Made by a program: the position numbers and the translations under genes | Part shown: positions 61,676-64,000 of the stretch, one piece after another | How the letters are laid out: every line of letters starts with the position of its first letter | How positions within the stretch are numbered: position 1 is the first letter of the stretch | The notes under the pieces: model-generated | Databases searched by the model: none | Told to the model about the DNA's origin: nothing | What the model saw: only the letters and a program-made list of their open reading frames with translations | NCBI RefSeq assembly: GCF_964194025.1 | Contig: NC_134478.1 | Coordinates: 56,420,001-56,484,000 of the forward strand | DNA from: Convolutriloba macropyga | Lineage: Eukaryota | DNA: 64,000 nt | Reading direction: 5' to 3'

Positions 61676-62276
61676 ATTCTCAAAGTAAAGATTTCAAAAG
61701 TTTTGAAAAGAAAACAAAAAGCAAGCAGTTCAATTTAAGAGGAAAGAATTTCAAACGAGCCCCAGTACAAGTCGAGTTGTCTTGTATGCTTGTCTGTAGC
61801 TCACGTTGCCTATTCGCACCGCAATAAAAAAAAACTTTTAAACATTTTCAACACAGGTACTAAGCAGTAGCAGCGTCTAAGCATTTTTTTGTTCCTTTTT
61901 CAAAAAAAACGTTTTGTACTTGTAAAAGATTGTAACAACAAAACTATTCAAGAGCCATACACTTATTATACTCATAAGGAAAGCTTAATTTCCCCAAGTT
62001 TTAGCAATTATTTGGTCGTGTTTATTGAAATAACGAAACAAGCGCGCGCACACGTTTATTTTTCTTTTTTTTTTGATAAAACAAGCTAGATTTAGCACAA
62101 AAAAAACAATAGGATTCTATTTTTCAGAAAAGTTGCGTCGTATTTTTAACAACAAAAACTGGGGCTGATTAGCCTCACAGTGTCATAATTATTGTTTTTC
62201 GATTTTGAAATTTGCGTCGCTCCGGTTTCGAAGCCGTTTTTTACCTGTTAGTACGAAAAAGACCAACAAGAGCAAG

Positions 62277-64000
62277 ATGACAAAGAAGAACAGTCAAAGT
62301 TGTCAGTGCGCCTTAAACAAATTCAAAATTGCAGAGCTGAGTTTGAAAAGCAAGCTGGACCTCTTACAATCTGCCATTGATCAGCGAAAGAGTTTCAGAT
62401 CACTCACCCTGCTCATCAATAAAGCAAAATCAAATGTTGAGGAGCTGAAAACAACACTTGATGCCGTGTTGAAAGAAAGTCCGAACTCCAGCAGTACTTC
62501 ATCTGTCATGGAACGATATTCAAACCTTCTGTCACGGCTAGAGAAATTTGAACACGAAATTGACAGTTTAGATGACGATGGACTACTCAGCCAATCTTCA
62601 ACTAGGATACGGGATGATGTCAGTTTAACAACTCATACGACTGCCAGATATCCAACCTCACGGAGATGCTCACCATCAATGAACGAGATTCCAGAAGCAA
62701 GCAACCCAGAACGTTCATCATTCTCCAACAAAACACCACCTCTCCCACCGAGACCGGAGAAACCATCCCTGTTTTTGTCTGAATGCCACAGGACCAAACC
62801 AATGTTGTCAAAGTTTTTAAATGGCAACAACGAGAATCCCCCTACTATTGCAATGAGTCCAACAAGTTTATTCAGACCAATTAACATCGATAACACAGTT
62901 GATTCCAAAACAGAAGTAAAACACTCGGATAAAAATTTTGCGAAACCTGAGACGACCGTCACAAAAACTCCCGATCGTTTTGCTCTCAGTGATACAACGT
63001 TGTCTGCTGTTGATAATTTTACAGTCAACCAGCAGCAGGTTAAAGCAGACAATGATTCAATCCAGGCACTCAGTTTTGTAAGCACGCAAAATAACTTTCA
63101 AAACCGTTTTCCTCAGGAAAACCTTAATAATCAATTACAGTCAAAAAATATGTTATCTGAATTTTCTCGAGATATCGCCGAGGAACGGTTTCAGACGCAA
63201 ACGTTTGAACCAAAGAGCATGGGTTGTTCCCAATTCCAAGGAACACATAATCCCCGTTTGATGAATCCCAGTTCTGTCAAATATTACAGTCAAGAAAAAG
63301 CACAGAATCTAAATTTTGATCCGCAACAGACAAAACAACCAATTGAAGTGAGTAACACAATGACATATTTTAATCAGTTCTCCGAAAATTTCTGCCAAAA
63401 CGCAAACAATTCTCAAACATCTAACATGTTTTCTTTACCACTGCATAATAGACAGGAATCGAAAAACACAGAGAATAAAAATTTACCTGGAAACTTCACT
63501 CAATTCCAGCCACAGTCACAAGTCAATACCGTAGGCATTGAGCCTGTCAACCCATTCGGTGTTCAACAAACCGCTTGTTCAAAAACAATAACTGAAAGTG
63601 TTCCAATTGCTCCTTCAATCTCAACGTTTCCCCCGCAAGCACTGCCTTCAGTAGAGCAAAATCCCCAGCCACATTTACCACATTCACATCAATTTTCCAG
63701 CGTATTGAATCCAATATCAAATGAAAGGTTCAAAAACCCTTCATTTGAAATCAATTATTTACCGTGGACCTCAAACACAGATCCATATTGCCAGAATTCA
63801 ACAAGTAAACACTCAATAAAGTTACCACCTCTTACAATTCAAAACTTTAATGGCAACCCATTGAAGTACCACGAATGGATAAATAACTTTTTTTGCCTCG
63901 TACATAACAACACCAGTATCACCGACACACATCGTATCACCTATTTGCAAAATGCAGTTACTGGCAAAGCAAAAGATGTAATCCAAGCTTATTCCTGTGA
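62277..64000 (+). CDS. BEL/Pao LTR-retrotransposon Gag(-Pol) ORF, 5' part, running off the window end
   Basis: ATG at 62277 (MTKKNSQSCQCALNKFKIAELSLKSKLDLL...). An N-terminal helical region and a long S/N/Q/P-rich linker precede KLPPLTIQNFNGNPLKYHEWINNFFCLVHNNTSITDTHRITYLQNAVTGKAKDVI at 63819-64000, in the same frame, which matches the DUF1759 Gag signature of BEL/Pao elements. It is absent from the ORF track, consistent with no stop before the window end. Confidence 0.85.
   Translation, partial: MTKKNSQSCQCALNKFKIAELSLKSKLDLLQSAIDQRKSFRSLTLLINKAKSNVEELKTTLDAVLKESPNSSSTSSVMERYSNLLSRLEKFEHEIDSLDDDGLLSQSSTRIRDDVSLTTHTTARYPTSRRCSPSMNEIPEASNPERSSFSNKTPPLPPRPEKPSLFLSECHRTKPMLSKFLNGNNENPPTIAMSPTSLFRPINIDNTVDSKTEVKHSDKNFAKPETTVTKTPDRFALSDTTLSAVDNFTVNQQQVKADNDSIQALSFVSTQNNFQNRFPQENLNNQLQSKNMLSEFSRDIAEERFQTQTFEPKSMGCSQFQGTHNPRLMNPSSVKYYSQEKAQNLNFDPQQTKQPIEVSNTMTYFNQFSENFCQNANNSQTSNMFSLPLHNRQESKNTENKNLPGNFTQFQPQSQVNTVGIEPVNPFGVQQTACSKTITESVPIAPSISTFPPQALPSVEQNPQPHLPHSHQFSSVLNPISNERFKNPSFEINYLPWTSNTDPYCQNSTSKHSIKLPPLTIQNFNGNPLKYHEWINNFFCLVHNNTSITDTHRITYLQNAVTGKAKDVIQAYSC

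Noticed and set aside
62620-63085. Minus-strand ORFs
   Set aside because: Antisense shadows of the Gag ORF.

Overview
AT-rich, repeat-dense genomic DNA from a eukaryote (probably an invertebrate animal), with two assembly gaps. Two conserved housekeeping genes have intronless coding regions: TECR (4425-5333) and COMMD4 (6367-7002). The main new observation is a pair of paralogous spliced genes that the ORF track misses, both on the + strand. Gene A has exons 13178-13199, 13725-13839 and 20139-20292 (96 aa). Gene B has exons 49294-49427 and 57198-57348 (94 aa). Both encode a signal peptide, an SLDFxxPD motif, a C-x7-C-LLRFYS core, an NWYSF motif and a C-terminal Gly directly before the stop (possible amidation), and they share a phase-2 intron at the same codon. 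I do not recognise the family. The rest is mostly repeats: a modular element whose conserved cassettes bracket variable-length (0.3-6.3 kb) polypurine/polypyrimidine tracts; a three-unit ~3.56 kb tandem duplication carrying LINE RT and SINE-like remnants; a ~5.2 kb nested foldback palindrome inside the gene B intron; several small hairpins and MITEs; a 175-bp satellite; and the 5' part of an open BEL/Pao Gag ORF running off the right end. The many F/L/S-rich and K/R/E-rich ORFs in the track are artefacts of the low-complexity tracts.
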